Virus record (IMG/VR): IMGVR_UViG_3300047666_000499
Span: 3,493-67,492 of that record
Source of the DNA: a virus
Length of the DNA stretch: 64,000 nucleotides
Direction: 5' to 3' (one strand)
In this document: piece by piece, positions 29,250 to 37,900 of the stretch
Numbering within the stretch: the stretch's first letter is position 1
Layout: each line of letters starts with the position of its first letter
The notes under the pieces: model-generated
What the model was told of the DNA's origin: nothing
The model's input: the letters and a program-made list of their open reading frames with translations, nothing else
Databases searched by the model: none
Made by a program: the position numbers and the translations under genes

Positions 29250-29549
29250 ATGAGTTTAAATAGCATATTACTGGAGCTTAGAAAGCAAGGCACACCGCCA
29301 CTAGCTGTCCATGTTAATGGTACAGTTACTTACGTGATTTACGGGGCTACAACTATTTCTTCGAGCACCGGCTACCCAGTGTTACGAATTACAGAGCCCT
29401 CTGCAACACAAGTATACTTGGACAACGGATTTTTATCGGAAGCTGATAGGGTTGCCGGATCTAACGGATCTGCGCCTGGCGCGGACGTTAAAGTAGATTA
29501 CGCTGATGCTATTCTGCTGCTTACTGACCCTTTACTAACATACGGATAA
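29250..29549 (+). CDS. Small hypothetical structural protein
   Basis: 99 aa with an A-rich start, at the head of the fibre operon. Confidence 0.55.
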   Translation: MSLNSILLELRKQGTPPLAVHVNGTVTYVIYGATTISSSTGYPVLRITEPSATQVYLDNGFLSEADRVAGSNGSAPGADVKVDYADAILLLTDPLLTYG

Positions 29550-29550
29550 T

Positions 29551-30294
29551 ATGGGATTAGTTAAATTTGATTATATATTAGGGAAACTTAGGTTAAACGA
29601 TAATCCTGCGGCTGTTGCGCCCAGCACAATAAATTTAGTTGGGTTGAGCGCCACCTACGCAGGATTACCCGCTGTAGCTGACCCATTAAACGTAGGTAAG
29701 GTTGCTTTTCTTACCCAAGATGATGGGCTTAACGAGTCAGGGTTTTACATGTCTAACGGTGTAACTTGGTCTTTTGTTAATATTGATTTAACAGCTGTGT
29801 CTAGTACTATAGACCCAACTGTCAATGATGACGGCGCAGGCGGATACTTTGTGGGCCAATCTTGGATTAATACTACAGACGGCGCGGTTTTTATATCAAC
29901 AGACATATCTACTGGGGCGGCTAATTGGCAACCAGTCACTAATAACTTGGTAGATATTAAATCGGCATATGCTTCATTTGTGCCTGCTGCAAGTTATTCA
30001 GGCAAATTCGCAATACTAGACACAAGAGATGGTGTATATCCTTCCGGATTATACCAATCTAATGGAACTATATGGGAATACAAACCATTCTACTCTCATA
30101 CATATTCCGCTGTTACTTCACCATTAATTGTTAATGATAATGCTAATGGATACTATGTAAACGATTTATGGAATGATACAGTGCTGAAGAAATCACATAT
30201 ACTGACAGACAGTACTACTGGAGCTGCTGTATGGACGGAAATAGGGTCAAGTACTATTAAAAATGAAATGCTTTGGGGCGGTTACCCGGGTTAA
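29551..30294 (+). CDS. Fibre protein with two ~100-aa tandem repeats
   Basis: Each unit has SG(F/L)Y.SNG..W...P..ND...GY.V...W......TD..TGAA.W. Confidence 0.65.
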   Translation: MGLVKFDYILGKLRLNDNPAAVAPSTINLVGLSATYAGLPAVADPLNVGKVAFLTQDDGLNESGFYMSNGVTWSFVNIDLTAVSSTIDPTVNDDGAGGYFVGQSWINTTDGAVFISTDISTGAANWQPVTNNLVDIKSAYASFVPAASYSGKFAILDTRDGVYPSGLYQSNGTIWEYKPFYSHTYSAVTSPLIVNDNANGYYVNDLWNDTVLKKSHILTDSTTGAAVWTEIGSSTIKNEMLWGGYPG

Positions 30295-30307
30295 AAATAA
30301 AAAAGAA

Positions 30308-30943
30308 ATGTATACATTATTTAGCACAAATACTTTAAAATTCAACTTAGGGGCCGCAATCACCACTAATCAACTATCTTTCTCAGCTACTTATGCTGAT
30401 ATAACGGTAGCTGACAACGTGTGGAATGGCTTAACTACTGTAAAAGGTAATTCTAATAGTACTACTTTAGTAGACTTGGTTGCTGCACCTGCTGCAACTA
30501 ATAGATTAGACATTAAAACTCTGTCTCTACACAACTTAGATACAGTTGATCAAACAATAAACATTGAATTTGATGCTACTACAGTTATTAAATTAATTCT
30601 AAAGGCTGGCTATACTTTCCTTTATAATGATGGAATAGCTAGAGTTTTAAACAACTACGGTGTAGAAGATTCTTATGTGCAATCAACTTCATTTAGTAAA
30701 GCATTTGATGCTACTACAGATTGGGGAACTGCTGCTGGAGGTTACTACACATTAACTGTGTTAGAATCTGAGCACCAAATGGGTATTGCACCTAGCTCTG
30801 TTCAGTTGTTTGATACTACTACAGGAAACTCTGTAGATGTTGATGCTGATTCATTGAGTATTAATGGTACTGGAGATATAGATATAGTAGTAGTAGAGAT
30901 ACCTGATGGTAGGTTTACTGGAAAAATAAACATTATAAAATAA
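30308..30943 (+). CDS. Fibre-associated protein
   Basis: Start reassigned to ATG 30308 (A-rich leader); C-terminal HQMG..PSSVQLFD small beta domain. Confidence 0.55.
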   Translation: MYTLFSTNTLKFNLGAAITTNQLSFSATYADITVADNVWNGLTTVKGNSNSTTLVDLVAAPAATNRLDIKTLSLHNLDTVDQTINIEFDATTVIKLILKAGYTFLYNDGIARVLNNYGVEDSYVQSTSFSKAFDATTDWGTAAGGYYTLTVLESEHQMGIAPSSVQLFDTTTGNSVDVDADSLSINGTGDIDIVVVEIPDGRFTGKINIIK

Positions 30944-30991
30944 TAAATAGCTGGGGAGACCCTGTTGGCTTCGGCCTGTTAAAATTTAATT

Positions 30992-33900
30992 ATGGCAAGA
31001 AATATAAAAGGTGATTTAAACATTACAAGAGATTTAACAGCTGGTAGAAGAATCTCAGCTGATTTAGCATTAAATGCAACTGACTGGGCAACTGGAACAG
31101 ATTACTTGGTTAACGATTTAATTATAGACGGAGGATCTATATACATCTGTAAGGCCACACACACCTCAGCTGCTGCTTTGTCTACTGATATTAATAGTTG
31201 GGATGTGGTAGGGTCTAACAAGATTGTAGATCACTTGTTTGCTACAGGTGTAGGGTATGTGTTTGATGGAGACATTATGGACACTTTAATAGTTGAATCT
31301 ACTTCAGCATCAACAGGTAACGTGCTATCTGGGTCACCAACTAATATTACGGAGGGTAAAAGTTACATACTACACTTTAAAAACACAGACTCAGTTTCAA
31401 GGTCTATCGTACTCAGTGGTGCATACAGAGCTATAGGTGAAGATACTGGTATAGCATCTTTTGATATTGTTGCTGGTTATGAAAGAGTTATAGAGTTTGT
31501 TGGGTTAGTAGGCGGTTCTATGCAAGCACTAGCGGATAGTGGGTATTCAAATGTGTCGGGTATAGATGATGTATTGGCATTGGCACAACCTCTAACTACA
31601 AGCAGGACAGTTACACTAGCTGGGTCTACATGGAATTTTAGTGGTACTTCTATTACTAAGATTAAAGATAACGCATTAAATACAGCGGTAGAGTGGCAAA
31701 AAGAACAGACCACTCATGAAACTTCTGTAAGCGGATTAACCGTGAATATTGATTTGGCTCTGGAAGGGTTCAAAGTAATAAAGACTAATGATGCCAACAC
31801 AGGGGATGTTATAATTAACGAACCTACTAATAACGGAGCTAATAAGTTAAGTATAGGTATTGTCAATGAGGATTCTGTAAGTAGGAATTACATTTTTGAT
31901 ACATCTTACAAGGTAGAAGGAGGTTCATCAGACATAGGTACTATAACATTAGCGGCAGGAGAACTAAGATATATAGAACTGCAGGCGTTAGCAATTACTT
32001 CCCCATATAAATTAGTATCTATATACGATACTGGGGCAGTAGCCTCAACAGGAGAATCAGTTCAAGAATTAACTGCTGTAGCTAATGTTATTGATTGGGA
32101 CGTATCCAATGGTGGTTACGCTTTTCATGATGTTTCAGGAGGAACAACAACGATTAATACTCCTACAAATATGGAGAAGGGTAGATTATATACTCTAAAT
32201 ATAATAAATACATTTAACAACCCTACTATAAGCTTTAGCTCTGCCTACAGGGATTCTAGTGGAAATAGTTTAGTCAGTATTTCCCCAGAAAGCGGGCAAG
32301 ACTATACTTATCTATTTGCGGCTGTATCTACATCAGAGCTACAGACTTTAAATTACTCTAGCGATTTTCAATCTGTGGTTACAGGTTCTAGTATAGACCC
32401 CTCTTTTGGACGTGTTACAACTGTTTCTGCTTCGACAGGTACAGGTGGGTCAACCTTTCCCGTGGATAACGCATTTACTAAATACAGGTCTAGCAAAAAT
32501 AGTGGTAAGACCGTGCATCTTTATATAGAAGAAACTGAAGGGATAAACAAGACTATTACTTGGGGCAATGAATACATTGGTGTAGATGGTTCACAGAAGA
32601 CTGATGACGTATTGCTTACAGGTACGACTAAGTTCTTTAGGTTAATACCTAATAAAGACAATAATAAATTCATAGTAACCGATTTAGATGCTCCTAGTGA
32701 TGGTCTAGCTCAACAAGGTATCTTGGTAGCAACACTTACTGGTAAAGGTATTTACACAGCAGAGGGTACAAATGCAGCCTCAGCTTTATATGCAGCATCA
32801 GGTTCACAAGATAGAGTTTTAGTTAGCTCTACTTTAGCAGGTGTAGGAGCAGTGATTTCTGTGCAAGCGGGTGATTACTTAAACGGTATTCTTAACGGTA
32901 CTTATACTACCCAATCTGACGGGGAATTATTAGAATTCTTTGATAATGAAGCAGGTAAATGGGCTGTTCAAGTTATTGGCGCAAGTAAAGCTAATGGTTT
33001 AGTAATTTCTACATTGACTGTACCAGATACAAACTCATCTTTACAGACTTTAACTTCGGGTACTTCAGGTACTACTTACGCTGGAGCAAGAGTAATGACT
33101 TTTGGTAATACAGGAGAAGTTACAAATGATACTACAGGAATATTTGATGTAGTAAATGATTATATTGAATTTAAAAAAGCTGGTACATATAGAATTACAG
33201 CTAGAATAGACATAGAAGACGCGGGAGGTTCGGCGACATCAGGTTATATGTTCGTGGGAGATCAAACTAATATGGTTAGAACTTCTATTCTTACGACAGA
33301 TACTAACTGGTGGGGTAGATATTCATTTGACTTTATTGAAACTTATGCAATTGGAGATAAGTTAGACTTCAGGGCAACTCATAATGCCGGTGAAAATCAC
33401 GATTTGCGGAACATGGATATTATCGTTACTGAATTACCTACTACTGAAACAGTAATGGCAGGAATGGTTATTGCTAAAACACTAGCTTATACAGAAGTTG
33501 GAGTTACAAGTCCAACTGATGCAATTATAGCTCCTTTAGATACAATAGTTAGAGAAGATGTTGCAGGAGCAATATCTACAGATGGTTCAACACTTACAGT
33601 AAATGTTACAGGTGCTTTTGATATTGATGTTCACGCACCAGTAATAGCACTTGATCCTAACATTGTAATTAAAGTTAACGGTACAGTTGTCAAAACTTAT
33701 GTTGATAGCTCGCATCAAGGTAGAATGGTTCCATTTAGACACAACTTCACAACAGGAGATACATTAACAGTTGAAGATGGTGGTGGAGCACTTGCTAATT
33801 GGAATAGTGGAGCAAATAATCCAACTACAGATGCTAATTATACTCGAATTATTTTAAAACAATCAGGGACTCAAACAGTAATTAATACTGCTGACGTAGC

Positions 33901-34195
33901 TGTAAATGACCAAGCAGCTTCAGGTTACTTTGACATAGGGACTATGAGGATGCAATTTGGAGAAGCAGCAGCAGGTACAGCAGGAGTAGTTTCTGTCACA
34001 CTTCCGATAGCAATGGGTAATGCAAATTACAACATTCAATTCCAAACAACTGGAACTAACACAGCAGGTACATTTGCTTTTACTGATCCAATAAGAACAA
34101 CTACAGGGTTTACAATCAATAAAAGATTCAATAACTCATCTACTGTAGTTGATGCGGGTGAAGGCTTTATGTGGTCAGTTAAGGGGCTTCATTAA
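30992..34195 (+). CDS. Large multidomain tail fibre / receptor-binding protein
   Basis: N-terminal CBM5/12-like WATGTDYLVNDLI..GGSIYICKATHTS, about four repeated PTN...(Y/L)xL domains, and a C-terminal MQFG...VTLPIA gp53/H-lectin-like end. Confidence 0.7.
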   Translation: MARNIKGDLNITRDLTAGRRISADLALNATDWATGTDYLVNDLIIDGGSIYICKATHTSAAALSTDINSWDVVGSNKIVDHLFATGVGYVFDGDIMDTLIVESTSASTGNVLSGSPTNITEGKSYILHFKNTDSVSRSIVLSGAYRAIGEDTGIASFDIVAGYERVIEFVGLVGGSMQALADSGYSNVSGIDDVLALAQPLTTSRTVTLAGSTWNFSGTSITKIKDNALNTAVEWQKEQTTHETSVSGLTVNIDLALEGFKVIKTNDANTGDVIINEPTNNGANKLSIGIVNEDSVSRNYIFDTSYKVEGGSSDIGTITLAAGELRYIELQALAITSPYKLVSIYDTGAVASTGESVQELTAVANVIDWDVSNGGYAFHDVSGGTTTINTPTNMEKGRLYTLNIINTFNNPTISFSSAYRDSSGNSLVSISPESGQDYTYLFAAVSTSELQTLNYSSDFQSVVTGSSIDPSFGRVTTVSASTGTGGSTFPVDNAFTKYRSSKNSGKTVHLYIEETEGINKTITWGNEYIGVDGSQKTDDVLLTGTTKFFRLIPNKDNNKFIVTDLDAPSDGLAQQGILVATLTGKGIYTAEGTNAASALYAASGSQDRVLVSSTLAGVGAVISVQAGDYLNGILNGTYTTQSDGELLEFFDNEAGKWAVQVIGASKANGLVISTLTVPDTNSSLQTLTSGTSGTTYAGARVMTFGNTGEVTNDTTGIFDVVNDYIEFKKAGTYRITARIDIEDAGGSATSGYMFVGDQTNMVRTSILTTDTNWWGRYSFDFIETYAIGDKLDFRATHNAGENHDLRNMDIIVTELPTTETVMAGMVIAKTLAYTEVGVTSPTDAIIAPLDTIVREDVAGAISTDGSTLTVNVTGAFDIDVHAPVIALDPNIVIKVNGTVVKTYVDSSHQGRMVPFRHNFTTGDTLTVEDGGGALANWNSGANNPTTDANYTRIILKQSGTQTVINTADVAVNDQAASGYFDIGTMRMQFGEAAAGTAGVVSVTLPIAMGNANYNIQFQTTGTNTAGTFAFTDPIRTTTGFTINKRFNNSSTVVDAGEGFMWSVKGLH

Positions 34196-34212
34196 AAGCA
34201 TAAAAAATAAAT

Positions 34213-34253
34213 AACACCATCCTTAATTGGGTGGTGTTTATTAACTATAATAA
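34213..34253 (+). promoter_or_regulatory. Stem-loop (terminator-like) overlapping possible promoter CTTA-N20-TATAATAA
   Basis: AACACCATCC-TTAATT-GGGTGGTGTT. Confidence 0.5.
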
Positions 34254-34264
34254 TTTATAACAAC

Positions 34265-35464
34265 ATGCCAGCAGCAATTACAAATGGTTCAGTGGTATTA
34301 AATATCGCTGTAGATTATACAGAAGTAGATTTAGCAACTTTAACTGCATTAGTAGCGGGAGCTCCCGGAACATACAGTAAAAAAGTATTTAAAGCACTAG
34401 ACACTGGCATTTACCATTATGTTGATGGACAAGATAATGTTGGTGTTTACGCAAATGTAGCTAATGCGTCACACTTTTTTGCTCCTTACAACGAGTCTTT
34501 AGATGCTGACGCTTTTCCTACATTTGACACGGCAGTAGTTTTATCAGATTTGAATTTGATAATTACAGACTTAGAAGCCTTACCAACAACTCCCCATGCA
34601 AACGCTTTTCTTACGGAAACTTTATCTCCTGGTTCTTACATAACACCCGGAGCAGCAACACTGGCAGGGACGTTAACTTTAAACGGTGGGGGCATTACAG
34701 GAGCTACATTTGTAATAAGATCACCTGCAGCTATAACACCAGCAGCATCAGTAAATATTGTTTTAACAGGAGGTACACTTCCTGAAAATGTACATTTTTT
34801 AGCGACAGGCGCAATGGCTGTAGGCGCGGGATGTACAATAAATGGTAATATAATTTGTAAGGCTGGAGCGCCATCATTAGGTGTAGGATGTACATTAGTG
34901 GGTAGAATGTTGACATTAGCGGGAGCCGCTTCATCTGCTTCAAGTAACGCAACTTTACCAACAAGTGCTGGGGTTATAGATTATAGATCTTGTGCTGATA
35001 TGATTATGTTTACTGGAACAACTCCAGCAACAAATACAGGAGGAGCAGCGTCTTACTATGAAGGGGGTATCGCTAGTCATACTGGAACTGTAACTGGGTT
35101 TGGGTTAGCAGGAGGCGTATTTACTACCTACCCTAGCGGTAGTTCAATCCCACCTCAAAACAACTACCTACCTACTGAAACATCTGGGAGCGTAACATTT
35201 GGGAATGCTAATATTGTTTATATTTTCCCAGCTGCTAATCTAGATATTACAGGGTTTGACGCGGCAGGGTTTACAAATAATCAAATAATCACTATTGTTA
35301 ATTTGGGCGCAGGAGATGCGACCTTAAAAACATTAAGCCCGAACAGTACTAATGATAATAAAATAGCAGCCAACACCGATATAGTAATAAAGCAGTACCA
35401 AAGTAAAGATGTTACTAGAATAAATGGTGTTTTGAATAAATGGATAGTAAAAGGAAATAATTAG
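34265..35464 (+). CDS. DUF3494 (IBP-1) ice-binding-like protein, circularly permuted, with fibre-type C-terminal domain
   Basis: SDL..I..DL..L, ETLSPGSY, GTLTLNGGG..GATFVI, NIVLTGG..PENVHF, GNII, LVGRML; the normally N-terminal coil (MFTG...TNTG...GGI...GTVTGF) follows these. Confidence 0.8.
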   Translation: MPAAITNGSVVLNIAVDYTEVDLATLTALVAGAPGTYSKKVFKALDTGIYHYVDGQDNVGVYANVANASHFFAPYNESLDADAFPTFDTAVVLSDLNLIITDLEALPTTPHANAFLTETLSPGSYITPGAATLAGTLTLNGGGITGATFVIRSPAAITPAASVNIVLTGGTLPENVHFLATGAMAVGAGCTINGNIICKAGAPSLGVGCTLVGRMLTLAGAASSASSNATLPTSAGVIDYRSCADMIMFTGTTPATNTGGAASYYEGGIASHTGTVTGFGLAGGVFTTYPSGSSIPPQNNYLPTETSGSVTFGNANIVYIFPAANLDITGFDAAGFTNNQIITIVNLGAGDATLKTLSPNSTNDNKIAANTDIVIKQYQSKDVTRINGVLNKWIVKGNN

Positions 35465-35467
35465 ATT

Positions 35468-35866
35468 ATGGCACGAAATTTTTATATACAAGACACCGCA
35501 ATTGCACCTTCAGTAGTTTTTGAAAACTTCCACCCTGAAGGGTATTTATTAATAGGGGTAGATAGCCCTCTGATTGATAACTTAATTCAAAAAAAATATG
35601 ATGAGTACGCGCTTGCTGGTACAAAATACTTTAAGGATACAAGAGTAATGTTTGTTAAAATGCGAATGTTATCACAAATTACAGCAGATTATATTATTGA
35701 AATAGAAGGTGCACTAAAAGATGTTAAGTCAAATCTTGTTAGCGGTGATTGGAAAACTGCGGAACTAATTTTAATAAACCATATTACAAAAGGTGCGGTG
35801 GTATCAAATGAATTATACGATAAACTTTTATTTGATTTTCAAAAATACATACTAGATAATTATTAA
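35468..35866 (+). CDS. Hypothetical helical protein (possible chaperone of the preceding fibre)
   Basis: 132 aa, very AT-rich, 3 nt after the DUF3494 gene. Confidence 0.55.
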   Translation: MARNFYIQDTAIAPSVVFENFHPEGYLLIGVDSPLIDNLIQKKYDEYALAGTKYFKDTRVMFVKMRMLSQITADYIIEIEGALKDVKSNLVSGDWKTAELILINHITKGAVVSNELYDKLLFDFQKYILDNY

Positions 35867-36001
35867 CAAATAATTATAAGCTTGGGTACTTACTAGTAAA
35901 TGGTGGTTCTTGTGTAAGAGATAAACAACAAAAAGGTGTTTAGGTTAAAGGGGGAAAAAAGGAATGATACACATAGCCTTACGAATAAAGGCCTACAGAC
36001 C

Positions 36002-36032
36002 CTTGGGGTATGATTAATAAGTGGTATAAGTG
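36002..36032 (+). promoter_or_regulatory. Putative promoter CTTG-N19-TATAAGTG
   Basis: Recurrent motif upstream of the holin-like gene. Confidence 0.55.
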
Positions 36033-36063
36033 TAAAAACAATTTCAACACAAACACAACTTAG

Positions 36064-36432
36064 ATGATTTTAGAAGCAGCAGTAACAGGTATGGATTGGG
36101 TGAGCATCATAGCTGCCGTAGGTGGAATAGGCCTAGGTGGTTTCTTGCTTAAGTTCTACAACTCTTGGAAGGACAAACGTGACAAAGACAGAGCACATGA
36201 GGACGAGCCGGAGCAATTTATTCGTAACCTGTTAACAGACCAAGTAGATGACCTTATAGCAGATGTCAAGGACATGCGCGCACGCATGGAAGAATTGTTA
36301 GTGTCTAATGCACAGTTGGATTCAGAGAACAGAGCTTTGTTGTTGGCCAACCATGAGTTGATCAATAAAAATACCGAGCTTATAGAGATGAACCAGAAGC
36401 TTTTAGACAAAATTGATAGTCTAACATTGTAA
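36064..36432 (+). CDS. Holin-like membrane protein (one TM plus coiled coil)
   Basis: WVSIIAAVGGIGLGGFLLKFY followed by a basic stretch and a heptad coiled coil. Confidence 0.5.
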   Translation: MILEAAVTGMDWVSIIAAVGGIGLGGFLLKFYNSWKDKRDKDRAHEDEPEQFIRNLLTDQVDDLIADVKDMRARMEELLVSNAQLDSENRALLLANHELINKNTELIEMNQKLLDKIDSLTL

Positions 36433-36437
36433 AATAT

Positions 36438-36632
36438 ATGGGATTTTTCTTTAAACGTAAAAAGGTTACAGCCGAAGCTATCGTCGATATACAAGCGAAG
36501 ATCAATGGCATGGCAGACTGCATAGAGGTTATGAACGCCAAAATGGATGTTGTCTTGACAAAAGAAGCTTGTGGTCAGAACTGTGCAACCTGTACGAACA
36601 AAGACTGTCCTAAGCGAACAACGTCAGCTTAA
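36438..36632 (+). CDS. Small Cys-rich protein
   Basis: 64 aa with CGQNCATCTNKDCPKR. Confidence 0.55.
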   Translation: MGFFFKRKKVTAEAIVDIQAKINGMADCIEVMNAKMDVVLTKEACGQNCATCTNKDCPKRTTSA

Positions 36633-36635
36633 CCC

Positions 36636-36666
36636 CTTGTGGTTACAATTTTTATTTCTATTTTTG
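36636..36666 (+). promoter_or_regulatory. Promoter CTTG-N19-TATTTTTG (full match to Bacteroidota TTG-N19-TAnnTTTG)
   Basis: Perfect host-type -33/-7 boxes. Confidence 0.7.
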
Positions 36667-36703
36667 ACGAAGCAATATTGCGGATAACACAATAGATTTG
36701 AAT

Positions 36704-36910
36704 ATGACAGCAGACGAACAATTGGCTTTACCACTCAACATCACTTTAACAGTGGCTGAGGTAAACGCTATAATCAACGCTATGGACGAGATGGTACACA
36801 GAGTTGCCAGACCGATTATTGATTCCCTAAAGGCGCAAGCACAACCGCAGATACACAAAGCTGTGGAGGGGGCCAACGCTAAACCCAAGGTTGTAGAACC
36901 AGAATTATGA
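36704..36910 (+). CDS. Small hypothetical protein
   Basis: ATG 36704; ATGA overlap with the next gene. Confidence 0.55.
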   Translation: MTADEQLALPLNITLTVAEVNAIINAMDEMVHRVARPIIDSLKAQAQPQIHKAVEGANAKPKVVEPEL

Positions 36911-37503
36911 AGAACACATTAATAAAGATATCAACAGGTATAGTGCTAGGAGTTTTCTTGGTGCTATTCTTCCGTTGTGACCCTAAATGCCCAGAGGTAA
37001 GCACTAAGACTGCGACCGTGGTGGAAACAGATACTGTTTCAACGCGGGACATACAGATACAGTACGTACCGGGGCCAGAAAGGATTGTTTACATCACCGA
37101 GCCTGTTTACATAGAAGTGACAGAGAGCGGTGTATACCAAGAATTTAAGATCGATGAAGAGGACTTGCAAGCCACGGCCAGCATGATTTCCGTTGACACA
37201 GTTTCTGATTTCAAGCTGGACTACTCAGTCACAGCAAAAGAGACTTTGATTACAGATACCATTACAATCAACAACACTGTTACACACACAATCACCAACA
37301 CGATAGAGGCTAAGAGGAAAATGAATTTGTACTTAGGTACTAATGTCATATTCTCACCTAACAGCTTCAACGGGGTCAACTTTAATGTTGGCTTGAAGAC
37401 CAGAAAGGACTTCGTTTTTGAGGTGGGTTACAACGCCAGTTTCACAGGCGGGGACAGTTACGAAGCGGGTATAAAAATACCTCTCTTCCATAAGAAGAAA
37501 TAA
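36907..37503 (+). CDS. Spanin-like membrane protein
   Basis: N-terminal TM ending FFRC, a Thr/Val-rich linker, and C-terminal amphipathic beta strands. Confidence 0.5.
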   Translation: MKNTLIKISTGIVLGVFLVLFFRCDPKCPEVSTKTATVVETDTVSTRDIQIQYVPGPERIVYITEPVYIEVTESGVYQEFKIDEEDLQATASMISVDTVSDFKLDYSVTAKETLITDTITINNTVTHTITNTIEAKRKMNLYLGTNVIFSPNSFNGVNFNVGLKTRKDFVFEVGYNASFTGGDSYEAGIKIPLFHKKK

Positions 37504-37508
37504 TTACC

Positions 37509-37539
37509 CTTAGTTATTAGGGATTTATTGATATAAATT
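37509..37539 (+). promoter_or_regulatory. Putative promoter CTTA-N19-TATAAATT
   Basis: Recurrent motif at the head of the cargo operon. Confidence 0.6.
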
Positions 37540-37570
37540 TTTACATTAGTTATTTAACAAAACAAAGAAG

Positions 37571-37888
37571 ATGAAAAATTATCTAGAACAGTACGTTAAA
37601 GCTCCTGTTACTAAGCACCAAATGGGTGGAGAAGTTCCTGCTGGAGCTCCTGCTGCGCCTGCTGAAGGCGGAAGTGGCGGAGGTGACATGGCGTCTATGC
37701 TTGAGCAATTTGCACAAACGCAAGATCCTCAATTAGCAGTTCAAATCGCTAACATGTTATTAGAACAGTTAGGTGCTCAAGGTGGTGGAGGTGCCCCAGA
37801 AGGACAGCCTATGCCCGCCCAAGGTTACGGGGGTAGAGTCGCTATGAACAAACCTATGTTCCGTAAAGGAGGTAGATTAGCGGTATAA
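37571..37888 (+). CDS. Small Gly/Gln/Pro-rich internal virion protein
   Basis: KHQMGGEV ... MFRKGGRL motifs at both ends. Confidence 0.6.
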   Translation: MKNYLEQYVKAPVTKHQMGGEVPAGAPAAPAEGGSGGGDMASMLEQFAQTQDPQLAVQIANMLLEQLGAQGGGGAPEGQPMPAQGYGGRVAMNKPMFRKGGRLAV

Positions 37889-37900
37889 TACTATTCTTGA

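Noticed and set aside
30263-30307. Track start overlapping the 29551 gene
   Set aside because: ATG 30308, after an A-rich leader, is more plausible.
19067-35866. Diversity-generating retroelement or invertible cassette acting on fibre genes
   Set aside because: I saw no reverse transcriptase, recombinase or near-identical template/variable repeat pair in this window.
36443-36456. TTTAAAC slippery heptamer near the holin-like gene junction
   Set aside because: It is not in X XXY YYZ phase for the 36438 ORF and lies after the upstream stop.
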